The position numbers and the translations under genes are program-made. From Reclinomonas americana ATCC 50394 (taxonomy: Eukaryota), in NCBI GenBank assembly GCA_048213135.1, contig AFZH01016638.1, positions 1 to 39,562 on the forward strand: a stretch of DNA of 39,562 nucleotides, read 5' to 3'. Shown piece by piece: positions 27,569-38,870 of this stretch. Numbering within the stretch: position 1 is the stretch's first letter; the number at the start of each line of letters is the position of its first letter. The notes beneath the pieces were generated by a model. The model ran no database searches. It saw nothing but the letters and a program-made list of their open reading frames with translations, and was not told the DNA's origin.

Positions 27569-29655
27569 CAACGAAGGAAAACGAGAGCACTGAGCATCCT
27601 CATCGTCCTCCAGCATGTCGAGGTCCTTTAGCCTTCCCTCGTCGCAATCGTTTCCCGTGTCGAGTACTGTGAGCACGCACCCCGACGCCACGTGCTGCAG
27701 AATCACCTTGTCGCGGACAGAAAATGGCTCGTTGGTGCCAAGCGTGTGCTGCGCCCCGCTCGTTCAGACGCCACACAACAGTCGACACCTTCACAACAAA
27801 CAAGCAAGCAGACCGCAAGTTCGCCCTTGACGAGACGCCACAAGGTGTTCTCGTCGTCGCGATCGCACGTTGTGTACACAACTGGAGTGCTACTGGCGAC
27901 CGCCTCTGCAGCAGCGGACGATGTCACCGCAATCTCGGCGGCAGGCGCTGCGGCCGACGGGGCCGTGGCGACCGACGCACGAGAGTCGGCGAGACCAGCC
28001 AGCGGATTACGCGTCACCACTGCACCTTCTAGACGGAGGAGAGCCTCGGCGCGCGCCTCTGCCACCTCCTCGGCAGTGGCCATTTGCACAAAACGGTACC
28101 CGAGACCACCTACAGATCGAGGGAGTGAGGCGAGACCAATGCCACCCAAGAGAACCCATGCGATCGTCACTCAACGAGAGTCGCCAGCGGGCGACGGTGC
28201 GGCCACGGATGCGGCACGTGCACGGTGGCCAGTGGTGGCTGCATCGGGATGGGCCGCCAGAAACATGCAGCCACACATGTGCCGCAATCGAAATGTGCTG
28301 CCGAACTTGACAGCACCGCCTGTAGGCAATGGCGACGTGAGGTGCAAGAGAAAGAGAGAGAGGAAGGACAAGAGGAAGAGGAAAACACAAGACCTGTGGC
28401 TGGGCACTCGTGCTCGATCTGGAAAAAGAGATTCGGGTTGTCCAGCTTCATGCGTGACACGCGAGAGCCACGTGTTGCGCGCGGAACAGTGCGGCTGTAT
28501 GCTGCGACGGATGGAGAGACAACGTGTGAGACGACAAAGGCGTGGAGCTGCTGAAAGATGAAGACGAACCGAAACCGTCGGCGCAAAACTCACTGACGCA
28601 CAGATGCGTCTGCGAGTTGGTGTGGTACAGCAGCACCGCATCGCCAAAATGTAGCAGCACCTCGTCTGGTGAGTTGGCGTAGGCGCGGCAGAAGCGATGA
28701 ATGCGCAGAGGTGAGCCAGCGAGCGCCGAGTTGAGCGCGTACCGCTGATCGAGAGGCAGCTTGAACTGACTGACTTGCAGCAGCAGGTTGGTCTCCATCA
28801 CCGCCAGCATCAGGTCGTCCTCGATGCGCACCAGATCGCCGTCGTTGCGCAGTTTCATGGCCGGCGTCAACACGAAATGCGTGCACGAGGTCGAGTACTT
28901 TTGCAACTGCACCGCCATGCTCGTCGACTCGGTGTCGGCCACACGCGGCGTTGATCCCAGCAGCCAGCCCGTACGCACGTGTCGCAGCTGATGGCACGCA
29001 CAGATGAGAAGAGTGGCAGGGAGAGAGGGGGGAAGGGAGGGGGAGGACGAGAACATGCCTGCACAGTGCCGCTGTAGATACACGAGTGAGTCCGCACCCG
29101 GTTCTCCTCGCACCGGTTCGTCTCACGCTCTTGCTCGGCCGACACCTGAGCACACAGCGTCTCATCAGTGGAGGGGCGATGGAAGAGAGAGAGAGGAGAC
29201 GAGCGCAACATGCAGATGCTGCAACTCGGCGCGATCGCCCGGACTGAGCCAGGTCGGCGGCAACTGCGGATCAAACTCCTCCAGACCGAGCACCTCCAGT
29301 CGCCGCACATACTGCATCTGCACCACACACGAGGTGCGTGGCATCACCTCAAACACCGCATCTGTTTCTCGATCATCAGTTACTCATTCGTCATGACTCT
29401 TGATGGAGAGAGAGACGCACCCGAGAAGGATGTCGGTGGGTGCGACACACTCCCGCGCAAAACACCCGCGCGATCGTCGCTCTCGCTGTGCGTGCGCGTG
29501 AGGAGTGGTCAGAGGCGATAAGAAGACCACTCTGCCAATCACAAACGCGCTCACCCGACAGTGAGCACATAGCCGTCGAGCTCCACGCACTCAATCGTGA
29601 TGTGATCGCCATAGTGCAGCAGCGTAGGTGCAGGTAGCACGCTGTCTGCGCTCAT
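18519..29655 (-). CDS. ITPR: Inositol 1,4,5-trisphosphate receptor (IP3R/RyR superfamily) Ca2+-release channel, many introns
   Basis: N-terminal LHYGDHITIE; MIR repeats (GGAVKFGSTFRLRH); RIH motifs RAFQKILRE, GYRRNK and LAYHIDLLRVLAKCASG; RIH-associated LIQLMAEGH..LQ and ELLQGPCQANQ; VGVVEIVRD; TM region; pore helix GLRVGG; NMIFGQILDTFSQLR; zinc finger CFICGLSR..HTTHEHNVQHYLNFL. Stop TAA 18519-18521. The start may instead be the in-frame ATG at 29751. Confidence 0.93.
27519..27566 (+). repeat. (CA)n microsatellite in an IP3R intron
   Basis: Directly visible ac run. Confidence 0.9.
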
Positions 29656-29760
29656 CGGGGCGCACTCCGAGGTTTTGACTGCGAGAAGGGCGAGACTTTG
29701 CATGCATGAAAATGAAGGTCGGTGTCCTGCGTGTTCGAAGTCTTCATTCATTGATATCAC

Positions 29761-30706
29761 ATGGCTGCGGCGACTCCATCGTCATCGCCAGGCGTGTTTT
29801 CGTATCTCCTTCGGGTGTTCACCCCCTCGTCGCCGGCGCCACCACCACCACCACCACAGACCACCAGCGCCACGTCATCACGTCGCGTGACTGTGCGGCA
29901 TCGACGGCGACGAGTGGCGCGCAGCGCATCACCCTCCGCGGCCGCTGCTGCTCCAGTGTCATCACCTCCTCCTCCTCCTCCAGCTCCAGCTCCAGTGCGA
30001 CACCCATCACCTTCACTGCCACCACGGCAACAACAACGGCGAGCATCGGCGTCGCCAGTTCGTGGTGTGTCGCTCGGAGCCGGCGCCCCAGATCCGCAAG
30101 TGCTGCTCGGCCTCGCCTCCTCGTCGATCAGCACCATCTCTGATGTTGACGAGGACAGCGATGACTGTGAACGCAGTGCCGCACCCTTGCTGCAGCAGCC
30201 TACGATGGCCGCCATGCAGGAGCAGCTGGCACGAGCGCGGGCCGACTTGGCGCGGTGGATTGAGTTTGCGAATCGGTGAGTGCGTGGTCTTATGGGGCGC
30301 GTGCTACGTCGTGTGGCTCACATGTGCACACAGACTGCGTGCGGATCTGAAGGACGAGCGAGAGCGGCGATTGCAGGCCGAGTCGCGTCTCGAGGATGTG
30401 TACGCCGAGATGCTGACGTATCATGCGCGGCTGAACGAGCTGGAGAGCCACTACCCGCGGCAAGCGGCGCCAGCGTATCAGGGAACACCGCCGCCTGCAC
30501 CGCGTGTTCTGTTCAGTCCGGCCTCCACGCCGCCGTCGAGAGCCACGTATGCCATGCAGCACGACGTCGATGCGTCGCCAGCCTCGTCGCTGCAATCGGT
30601 GCTGCTTGTCGCCTCGCCACCAGAGGTGCTGGAGTCGCCACCTGTTGCCAGCAAACCACCAGCACGTGCCGGTGCCAGCAGCGACGTCGTGGAGATTGAG
30701 CGATGA
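29761..30706 (+). CDS. Hypothetical Pro/Ser-rich protein with central coiled coil, 2 exons
   Basis: ATG 29761, intron about 30276-30334 (gtgagt...cacag). Coiled coil MQEQLARARADLARWIEFANR|LRADLKDERERRLQAESRLEDVYAEM. Stop TGA ending 30706. Confidence 0.7.
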
Positions 30707-30751
30707 CGGACGGAGACGGATTTAGCATTTTGTTAGGTTTTCGCCCATGCG

Positions 30752-31963
30752 ATGAGCTGGGGGTGGTGGCTGTTGTGTACAGTTGGTGGATCACTCAGTG
30801 CACTTGCTCTCTCCTCGCTGTTGATCTTTGTGCTATACTGTCGATACGTGTGTGGCTTGTCGTGGCTGGCCACCAAGATCGAAGTGATGATGGTGTACGT
30901 GCGTGCAGATCAACTCCCTCCCTCCCTCCCTCCCACCTCCCACCTCCCATCATTCGGTGACATGCATCGCACACGCAGTTCCACGTGCTCAAAGTCGTGC
31001 ACGTTCCCCTGTGGAGAAGGTACCGGCGATCACCCGACTCGCACTACGTTTTGCTGCGCCTGCGACCTGCGGACAACAACCCGACACGGCGTTTCGAGGT
31101 GGACTACGTGGAGGAGCCGCTGCATCAGTGGCCGCCGACGCACGAGCCGCACAGAACGCATGTGCGCGTGGTGTGCATTTCGGACACACACGAGCGCCAC
31201 GCGGCGTTGCAGGTGCCGCCGGGCGACATTCTCGTCCATGCAGGTCGGTCGATTGCATTGCTGCAGTAAGTCTTTGCTTCCACTCACGGCGGTTGCAGGG
31301 GACATTCTATTGCAGAACCGCGGCGTCTCACCCAAGGCGCTGCAGCAACTCGACGACTTCAATCGCTTCCTCGGTTCGCTTCCGCACCGCCACAAGGTGG
31401 TGGTGGCCGGCAATCACGACCAGGTGCTGATGGATCTTGGGGCGGAGCGAGTGCGTGCTGTGCTGTCGCACGCCGTGTACTTGGAGAACGACTACGCTGT
31501 GCTGCCGGTGGACGACGAGCACGAAGTGCATGTGTTCGGGTCGCCCTTGTCGCGACGTGGCAACTCCGACAATCGCGCCTTCCAGCACCGACGCGGTGAG
31601 GCACTGCATGCGCAGTGGGAGCCGCTGCGGAAGCACGCGCAAGAGACCGCTCGCCGTGTGGACCTGCTGGTGACGCACGACACGCCCGAGGGACACGCCA
31701 CCGACGGCATCCACGGCCAGTGCATCCACACCCGTCAGTTTGCCGAGACCGTGCAGCCGGTGCTGCACGTGTGCGGCCACGTGCACAGCTACGCCGGCAC
31801 CTCGCAGTGGTCAGACGACACACACTCGTGCCTCGTGGTCAACGCCACCTCCGTGACGCGCACCTACTTGCCGTACAACCCACCCATCGTCGTCGACATT
31901 CCCATCTCGCTGCTCCGTCACCGGAAGCACAAAAACACCAGCGAGGAGCCAGTCGCCCGCTGA
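30752..31963 (+). CDS. Calcineurin-like metallophosphoesterase (MPPED1/2, 239FB-like) with N-terminal hydrophobic anchor, 3 exons
   Basis: All metal-binding motifs present after splicing: VVCISDTH, DILVHA|GD, VVVAGNHD, LLVTH, HVCGHVH, followed by VVNA..YNPPIVVDI. Confidence 0.9.
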   Translation: MSWGWWLLCTVGGSLSALALSSLLIFVLYCRYVCGLSWLATKIEVMMVYVRADQLPPSLPPTSHLPSFGDMHRTRSSTCSKSCTFPCGEGTGDHPTRTTFCCACDLRTTTRHGVSRWTTWRSRCISGRRRTSRTERMCAWCAFRTHTSATRRCRCRRATFSSMQVGRLHCCSKSLLPLTAVAGDILLQNRGVSPKALQQLDDFNRFLGSLPHRHKVVVAGNHDQVLMDLGAERVRAVLSHAVYLENDYAVLPVDDEHEVHVFGSPLSRRGNSDNRAFQHRRGEALHAQWEPLRKHAQETARRVDLLVTHDTPEGHATDGIHGQCIHTRQFAETVQPVLHVCGHVHSYAGTSQWSDDTHSCLVVNATSVTRTYLPYNPPIVVDIPISLLRHRKHKNTSEEPVAR

Positions 31964-32046
31964 GAAAGGCCCATGAAAGCACACAATGAAGGAGGAAAAA
32001 ACAAACGAAATGTATTTTGCAAGAGGCGGACCAGCAGGCGTCGAGC

Positions 32047-32713
32047 TCACTTGGCCTGCTTGGAGAGATGTTGCAGTACGCGTGACTTGACCCATGCCTT
32101 GTCGTGCGGCACATACGCTCCACTCTGATTGTTGAATGTCAACACGGCCAAGTCGGGCAACGCGTCGACTACAACACACAGTCAGGGAAGGCGACGAGAG
32201 CAGGCGCACAAACAGAGGAAGACGCAACTCCACGCATGCAAGTCCTCGATCTCGTATGTGATGGAGCGCGCCCTCGGGAAGTCCTTCTTCAGCTTTTGTT
32301 CGAACAATTGGCACACACCTGCGATGATTGATCAGCAAAGGGGTTTGCTATCACTCACTCTCACACACACAATCAGACGCACCATCCATGGCCTCATCAC
32401 TCGACTCAAAGTCCGCATATGTGCGTGTGGCGGCCTTGGCGCCCGGTTGCAACAGAACAATGGTGTGCGTTTGTGCCTGCGCCTGTGACAACAAGTGAGC
32501 GACATGGCCATCGCGGTTTCTCTCTCTCTCTCTCTTTCCACCACCCGTCGTGCTTTTTTGTTCCGCGTGTGCTCTGCTGACGCACATGAAGAGAGACACA
32601 CAGAGAGAGAGAGGGGTGGCGGAGAGGCAAGACAACGCAAGCGCGTGTGACGCATGCATGCATGCAACGAGGGCAACATGCAAGATGGACGGGCGCAGAA
32701 AGAGACCAACCAT
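32047..32713 (-). CDS. ERH: Enhancer of rudimentary homolog, 4 exons
   Basis: Spliced product M|AQAQTHTIVLLQPGAKAATRTYADFESSDEAMD|GVCQLFEQKLKKDFPRARSITYEIEDLHAW|IDALPDLAVLTFNNQSGAYVPHDKAWVKSRVLQHLSKQAK matches the ERH family across its length. Not recoverable as a single ORF in the track. Confidence 0.93.
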
Positions 32714-32837
32714 TCTCTTGTGTGTGTGCGTGAGTGTGTGTGGCGGTCGGCGCAGAGGGCGGGCAGCGAGGTGTGATTGATTGTTCCGAGCCAGTGGACC
32801 AACGAACCAAGAACATCTCTTATCTTTTTTGTGCACA

Positions 32838-33379
32838 ATGGACTCTGCGCTGCTTGACTCTGCTGCCCGATCGTTGCGCATAGCTTCACACACTCTCACA
32901 CGCGCACATGAGCAATCGCGGACGTGTGTGTGTGTGTGTAAAGAGGGGCGAAAGAAGTTGTTGAGAGATGCTCATGCATGACCACACACACGCACGCGCA
33001 CACAGGGTCGGAGCCGACGGTGTGACTGGCGTGTTGTGCACGGATGAGTACGGCTTGTGCATTGCAGGTAATGACAGAGAGCGTGCTTGTGCGCTGTGCG
33101 CGTCATTGTGTGCTCACTCGTGCGCAGCCAATGGATCCGCCAACGCGCGTGGTGCCGGCTACGTGAGCTCCATTGCGACACGGGCGTCGGCACTGTCAAA
33201 CCCCGACGACGTGCCTGTTGTGTGCGTGGAGACGCTCTCCAAGTTGAGCACAGAGAGAGATTGAGTGGATCTGTTGTTTGTGTGGTGATCAGTGGCTGAC
33301 ACACGTGTGTGATCTGTGCAGGAAGATTCTCATCCGAAGGGTCGACGCGCAGACGACTGCGATCATCAAGGACAAGTGA
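32838..33379 (+). CDS. LAMTOR5: Ragulator complex subunit LAMTOR5 (HBXIP) homolog, 4 exons
   Basis: Spliced product MDSALLDSAARS|VGADGVTGVLCTDEYGLCIA|ANGSANARGAGYVSSIATRASALSNPDDVPVVCVETLS|KKILIRRVDAQTTAIIKDK matches the LAMTOR5 motifs GVLCTD..GL and PVVCLE. Confidence 0.88.
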
Positions 33380-33479
33380 GGTACTCGGGTGTGCAGTCTG
33401 TTGGTGGATGGAGGAAGAGCGGAAGAAGATGGAAGACCATGATGAAGGATTTTGTGTTACATTTTTTTTGAGAGGCACT

Positions 33480-36400
33480 TCACAGCATGGTACAGCGGTG
33501 TTTGGCTTCACCCCAGTGACACGTGCAGCAGATGCAGCACAAGGCGAGGCACTTGGGGAAGCACTGGTTGCCGCATGTGTCGCAGTGGCAGGCGGTGACG
33601 CAGGTCACGCAGGATTCGTGCAGGCAGTTGGTGATGCCGAATTCGCGACTGCGGCTGCGAGGGTAAGGATCAGCACAGATGGCGGCGCGCGTGTGTGCAT
33701 ATGTGTCGGTGGCACCACAGCAGACGTACCCGGCCAGTTCGTCGCGCGACAGCTCCCAGGTGCCAGGCGGTGCGATGCGTTTCTGGTACACGGTTTGCTC
33801 TCTGCCCTCGCCGTACCACTGCACCAGCAGGCCGGGTCTACCGTTCTCGTCAATGGCCCAATCGTCGTGTACCATGATCATGTAGTTGCGGGAGAACAGG
33901 AACCTGTGTGGTGGAGTGTGTGAGGAATCACGATGTGTGGGAGGAAGCACCACGGACTCGTCACCGTTCGCGACGTTGATGCTCGGAGGCGTGACGGGGG
34001 TAGAGATCGAGCCTGCGATGTCGTGTCGTGAGTTTGCTTGCTTGCCAGCTCATTACGCAAGCACATGGCGGGCGCGCAACAAGTAGGCGTGCATGCCGGG
34101 TGTCAGGTGTCGCGATGTCGATGTGTGACTGGCGAACCACGACATGGGTCCGGCCGGCAGATCACTCGGTGGCATGGCAGTGATGCCTGTCGTTGGGGGA
34201 GCAGTGGGTTTCAGTGGCATGGTGTGCACTCACCACTTCGGTTCGTTCACAAACCACTCGATACAAGTTGATTCATCAGCTTGACACTGGTGGCGGTGAG
34301 GAGATCACAACACAGCAAGTACTCATTTCTGCAGCGGGGCTCACTTTTCGTACTCGGGAGGAACGTCTGCAAACGCTGGTGCACGCCTGGATTCACACAC
34401 GCCCTATTGACAGACGAGTGAGTGCCATACAGCCTCTCTCATGTGACTATGATACAAGATCACACCTGCCCGGCTACATGCGGGTCACCCGAGATGAAAA
34501 TCACTCGAGCACGCTTCTCCACGGCCAGCTGCACATGCGTCACACCGCCATGTGAGCAACACACCACTCCGCGCTCCACAAACACAAACAGATTTACGAA
34601 ACAGTCTGAAAGTTCTTGAGCAGATCTGCTCGCTCCGCACGGTGCTGCACGGTGGACCATTGATCTCGCAGATCGTCTTGCAACAACACCAACACATCAG
34701 TGGCAAATGATGAGGCAGTGATCGGCGCACCGAGAGTCATTACCTTCGTTGTCGGCTTGGCCAGGAAGACTCGGCAACGTCTGTGCTTGCCACACGTAAT
34801 GTACCATGTACAACTAGTACACGAGAAACAGGATGTCGGCACCATTGCAACTCACCATTCCAATCACTGTGACAATGCACATGAGCTCATGGCAGCACAG
34901 CAACGCATCACACAAGTACGCAACACTCGTAGTTGATCCAGATAATCGGTGTCGGAGACGAGACCACAATGAACCGAACCTCACCCTCATCCAAGTTCTG
35001 CATGTCGACGACACACCACAGCGTGTGCTATTAGAACTGCGTCGTCCCACTTGCTGCAGTGACTCGCGACGGAACTGCCAACCACTCCATGATACGGCGA
35101 TGCGTTTCCACTTTCACCACCTGTCGCTGCGAGCGCTCCGTGCGCATGTCCACCGCGACAAAAGCCCAATCGCCGAGCAAGTGCACGTATGTGGCCGACA
35201 CCTGCGCATCACTGCACATCACTCTACTGCAAAGACACATGGAACAGCAGCACGTGCTCTCACACCTCCGGGTTTCCAAGCAGGTTGGTGCGAAAATCGC
35301 CAGCCAGCTGGAAGGCAAGAAACATTTCCTGGGCCACCTTGAACAGACCCTGCACGGCACCAGTGAAACTAGTACGTGAAAGAGAGTATCTAGAAACTGT
35401 TTCCACCGCGTACCTGCATCACTGGCGACTGTTGATCTGCATCGCGGTACGATCCCCAGCCATCGAACTGCGCGCGCGCACACACACACATGCACTAAAT
35501 TACAACAGCTCGACTACCAGTTGTCCGCAATTACGCTGCACATTACGCACAATATCGTGATCGTCCCACATGCATGAGAGCGGCACCTGGCACATCACTC
35601 GCGAAACCGGAAATGAGCCCCAGTTGCTGCAGTAGTCGTCCCAGAAAAATCGATGCAGTGAGCGGTGCATTTCGTCGGTGCAGGGCGTCTCTCGGAGCGT
35701 TCGTGTGGCCTCCGTGTCACCGTACATGGCCTCCGCCGACTTGTCCACCCACTCACGCACTGCAGCGACCGCAGACCACACTGGATCGGCGTAGATCTGA
35801 TCGCCACCCATGTGCATCCTGCATGCACGCAGCGATGACACGAAACAACAAAAATGAACAGTTCGGCACGATTTCAATTGTCACAGAGTGTCTGCAGACG
35901 CAACATGTGATACGGTGGCGCGTCCTCTGGATCCAGGTGCGTTTCACGCAAGTGTTCCCACATGGCGAACAGAGTCGCGTCTTCTGTTTGCTCCTCCACC
36001 AGATTCGACATGCCGGAATTGCCATTGCACCTGAGGAGGACTGGTGAGCAAAAACCAGAAGAGGTGTGCAAGTGTGGACTCGACTGAGAAGACGCAGCGA
36101 GGCAAAGAGCAAATTCGGAGCCGTGCCCACGGGTGGCACTCGGAACTCGAAGCGAAACGACGGCTGATCAAACTTGAACTCGGAGAACGAGTAGTGCACG
36201 ACCTGGTGCACGTCATTCTGTGGCACATCCATGTCCCATCGAATGAGGGCCTGTCTGCCATCACAATCCACGGCCACTGGGGCGACTGCTTCGACTGTTT
36301 GCGGTTCGCATCCAGGCGATGTCGACTGCCAAGTTAAAGTGCCCGGTCGTCTGCGCATTCATGCAGGGCAGATGTTGTTGGATATTGCCGGCATGCAGTA

Positions 36401-37401
36401 TTAACTCCGGTTTTGCACGCAACTGTGGTCGATGCAAAACCATGCTGACGCCGACACTCCACACATTGTCCTCACATCCGAGGAAATGGAGCACGGGCCC
36501 CCGACGAACACTGTTTGGCAATGGAATGCCAAACCACAGCATCGGCGCGCCCACTTGCAGGAGTGGCGAGTCATCCTACGTCGGACCGGTTTTTATGAGT
36601 TGTCTGTCGATCGACTCGCCACGTGACTGGTGCACGATAACTCACCTCCGTCCCACGAGCGCTGAGCAGCTTCTTGGGAAAAACACCCTCCGGACAATCG
36701 ATCCACCACCCCGTTTGCGACCTTGCCAGGTTCCTACAACGGCTCAGCAGATGAATACCACATGAACTGCATGCGCAAAAGATGGCAAATCACTTCACCC
36801 ACTCACTTGATCTGGAACTTCTCCAGCTCCCACGCTCGATGGAGATCGCGCTTCCTAAAGTACAATCGCACTCCAGCGAGCTCGTCCAGCCCCAGGTCCT
36901 CGGTTTGTAGGCAGAAACGGTCGATGTTTCGTGGATGAAAGTTCGAACGATCCTTGCCATACTGTTGAGTCGCGTGAGTGCCAAGGACAGAAACAGGCAG
37001 TGAAGAAAGAGAAACAGAAACCCGCGCCTGCAAGTGATTGTCGAGTACGATGGGTGGTAACTCTTGCCCGTTGGACTTGACTGCAACGAGCGCGGAAGAG
37101 GAGGGGGATGAGCACAGATCGAGAATCTCTGACAAGTGGCGCGCGCCGCACCGAGAACAATGGTGATGAGCTGCTCATCGTTCTTGCGACTGCGCTCGCC
37201 CGTCCACATGAACAACTCATAGGTGGCATACGATGGCACGGGTGCCGCGTCGACAGACGCCTCGGCGGATATCGAATGCGCCGGAACTGCACCACCCGCC
37301 GTCAGCGGATCCACCATCGGCATCAAGGCGACGGCATTCGGCACCGCCAGCTGTGGAGCCATCGCGGAAGGTGGCACGACGACGACTGCACTGTCAGCCA
37401 T
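33480..37401 (-). CDS. PhoD-like metallophosphatase with N-terminal PLAT/LH2-like domain and Cys-rich CaaX tail, multi-exon
   Basis: PhoD motifs LLFAS|CNG, MHMGGDQIYAD and MWDDHDI. PLAT-like YELFMWTG..NFHPRNIDRFCLQTEDLG..LAGVRL..AWELEKFQI. C-terminus ...CCICCTCHWGEAKHRCTML then stop. Confidence 0.8.
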
Positions 37402-37587
37402 CGTTGCGTGCGAGCACCCACTGAAAACGAAACATAAAAAGAAGAAAAATTCCGGCGGGCGATAATGGTTCTCTTGTCACGACGACCAGCAGCACACACC
37501 GAGCTCACACAAACATTCACACGATGCATTACAACACTTCAACCCAGTCACTGATAGGAATTAAAATAATGATCTACAGCCGCTCAT

Positions 37588-38870
37588 TTAGTAGCCGTAC
37601 TCGTCTGCCCCGTCCGGATCGTCGTCGTCGTCATCGTACTGGCCGTCGCCCTCCTCACCGTCGTCTTCGTACGAATCGTACTCGCCGTCGCCATGATGCA
37701 CCGACGAGAAGCCCTGTTGCACGGTGCGCATCTGCGCCAGTTCGTGCATGCGCTGCCGCCGCTTCTCCAGCATTTTCTGCGTGCACGCATGTCATGAGCA
37801 AAAAGACATTTCATCGCAGTGACCCCACAGCGCGACAAACCAGCTCGGCTTCCCGCTGTGCGGCCTTTCTCAGTGACCGCTCCACGTCCTGACGTGCCTT
37901 GGACGCTCGTTGCTCTGCACGTGTGCGCGTTGAGTGGAGTGGCGTGCGAGGAGCCGTCACGTGACGAGTGCACACACAAACCATCGATAATGAGTTTGCG
38001 CTGTAACCGGACAACATCCACCTCCGAGAACTCGGTCAGCGCTCGTGCGATGATCTCCGTCTTCAACTGCACGCGGGTGGTGAGATCGGGAAGCACGCCA
38101 AGCCGACACTGGCGACACAAAACACATACACACGAACCTTTTGCTTCTTGACCTCGAGCGCACGCTGTCGTCTCTGCTCCTGCCGTTCCTTTACTCGATT
38201 CTCCTCGTCTAACCGCTCGTTCTCCGCCACCAGATCCACTGCGTACGCACAGCTAAGCACACACACGCACACTGGGGAAGAGAGAAAACAAGCACACAAG
38301 CAGCGAACCTGTGAATGGACTGCGCTCTGTTCTTCGCTTCCACGTCGCCTGCTGCGCGTTCTGCCGCTGCTTCTGCATGGTCTTCAGTCGCTCCTTCTCC
38401 TGCTCACGCTCCCGCTGCAGCCGTTGCCGCTCCGCCTCCCGCTCCTCCATAATCTTCTGACTCTCGCGATACATGCGCCGCGGGGTGATGGGCGCCGGTC
38501 CCCGATGCGGGTAGTGGTAGCCAGGCCCACTACCGCCACCACCTCCCTCAGCTCCACCACTGCCACCACCACCAGCAGCGGCTCGACTTGCCTCGCGACT
38601 ATGTGTGTGTGCGTGTGTGAGAGAGAGCGAGTGACTGCGTTGATGACGCCACTCACGCAACGATGACATCCATCCACGCGACGGCTTCTGAGCAGGCGCC
38701 GGTCGTGTTCTACCCAGCAGCACCAGTGAGCTCTTTCTCTCCTTACACACACTTGGAGAACACAAAAACGCATCCAACCTGGCTGAGCCGGGCCCTGTGT
38801 ACAGTGATGTCTGCCGCGTGCGCTTGATAGCCTCCACGTGGTGCGAAGTCGGCACCTCCACTAGTGGCGA
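37588..38870 (-). CDS. Hypothetical charged coiled-coil protein with acidic C-terminal tail; 5' end unresolved and probably further upstream
   Basis: Exons encode EEREAERQRLQREREQEKERLK, DLVAENERLDEENRVKERQEQRRQRALE, LKTEIIARALTEFSEVDVVRLQRK and the tail DGEYDSYEDDGEEGD...DEYGY ending at TAA 37588-37590. Upstream exon frames are ambiguous. Confidence 0.6.

Noticed and set aside
32169-32228. Reading the shifted donors as AG|TT non-GT introns
   Set aside because: In ERH only the GT...AG boundary restores the conserved Ile (ATC); sliding by one gives Ser.
36963-37027. GC donor CAG|GCGCGG in the PLAT region
   Set aside because: An in-phase GT donor lies 6 nt downstream; ambiguous.
38600-38665. 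Another GTTGCGT donor in the last gene
   Set aside because: An adjacent GTGAGT donor works equally well in a different upstream frame, so it cannot be resolved without transcripts.
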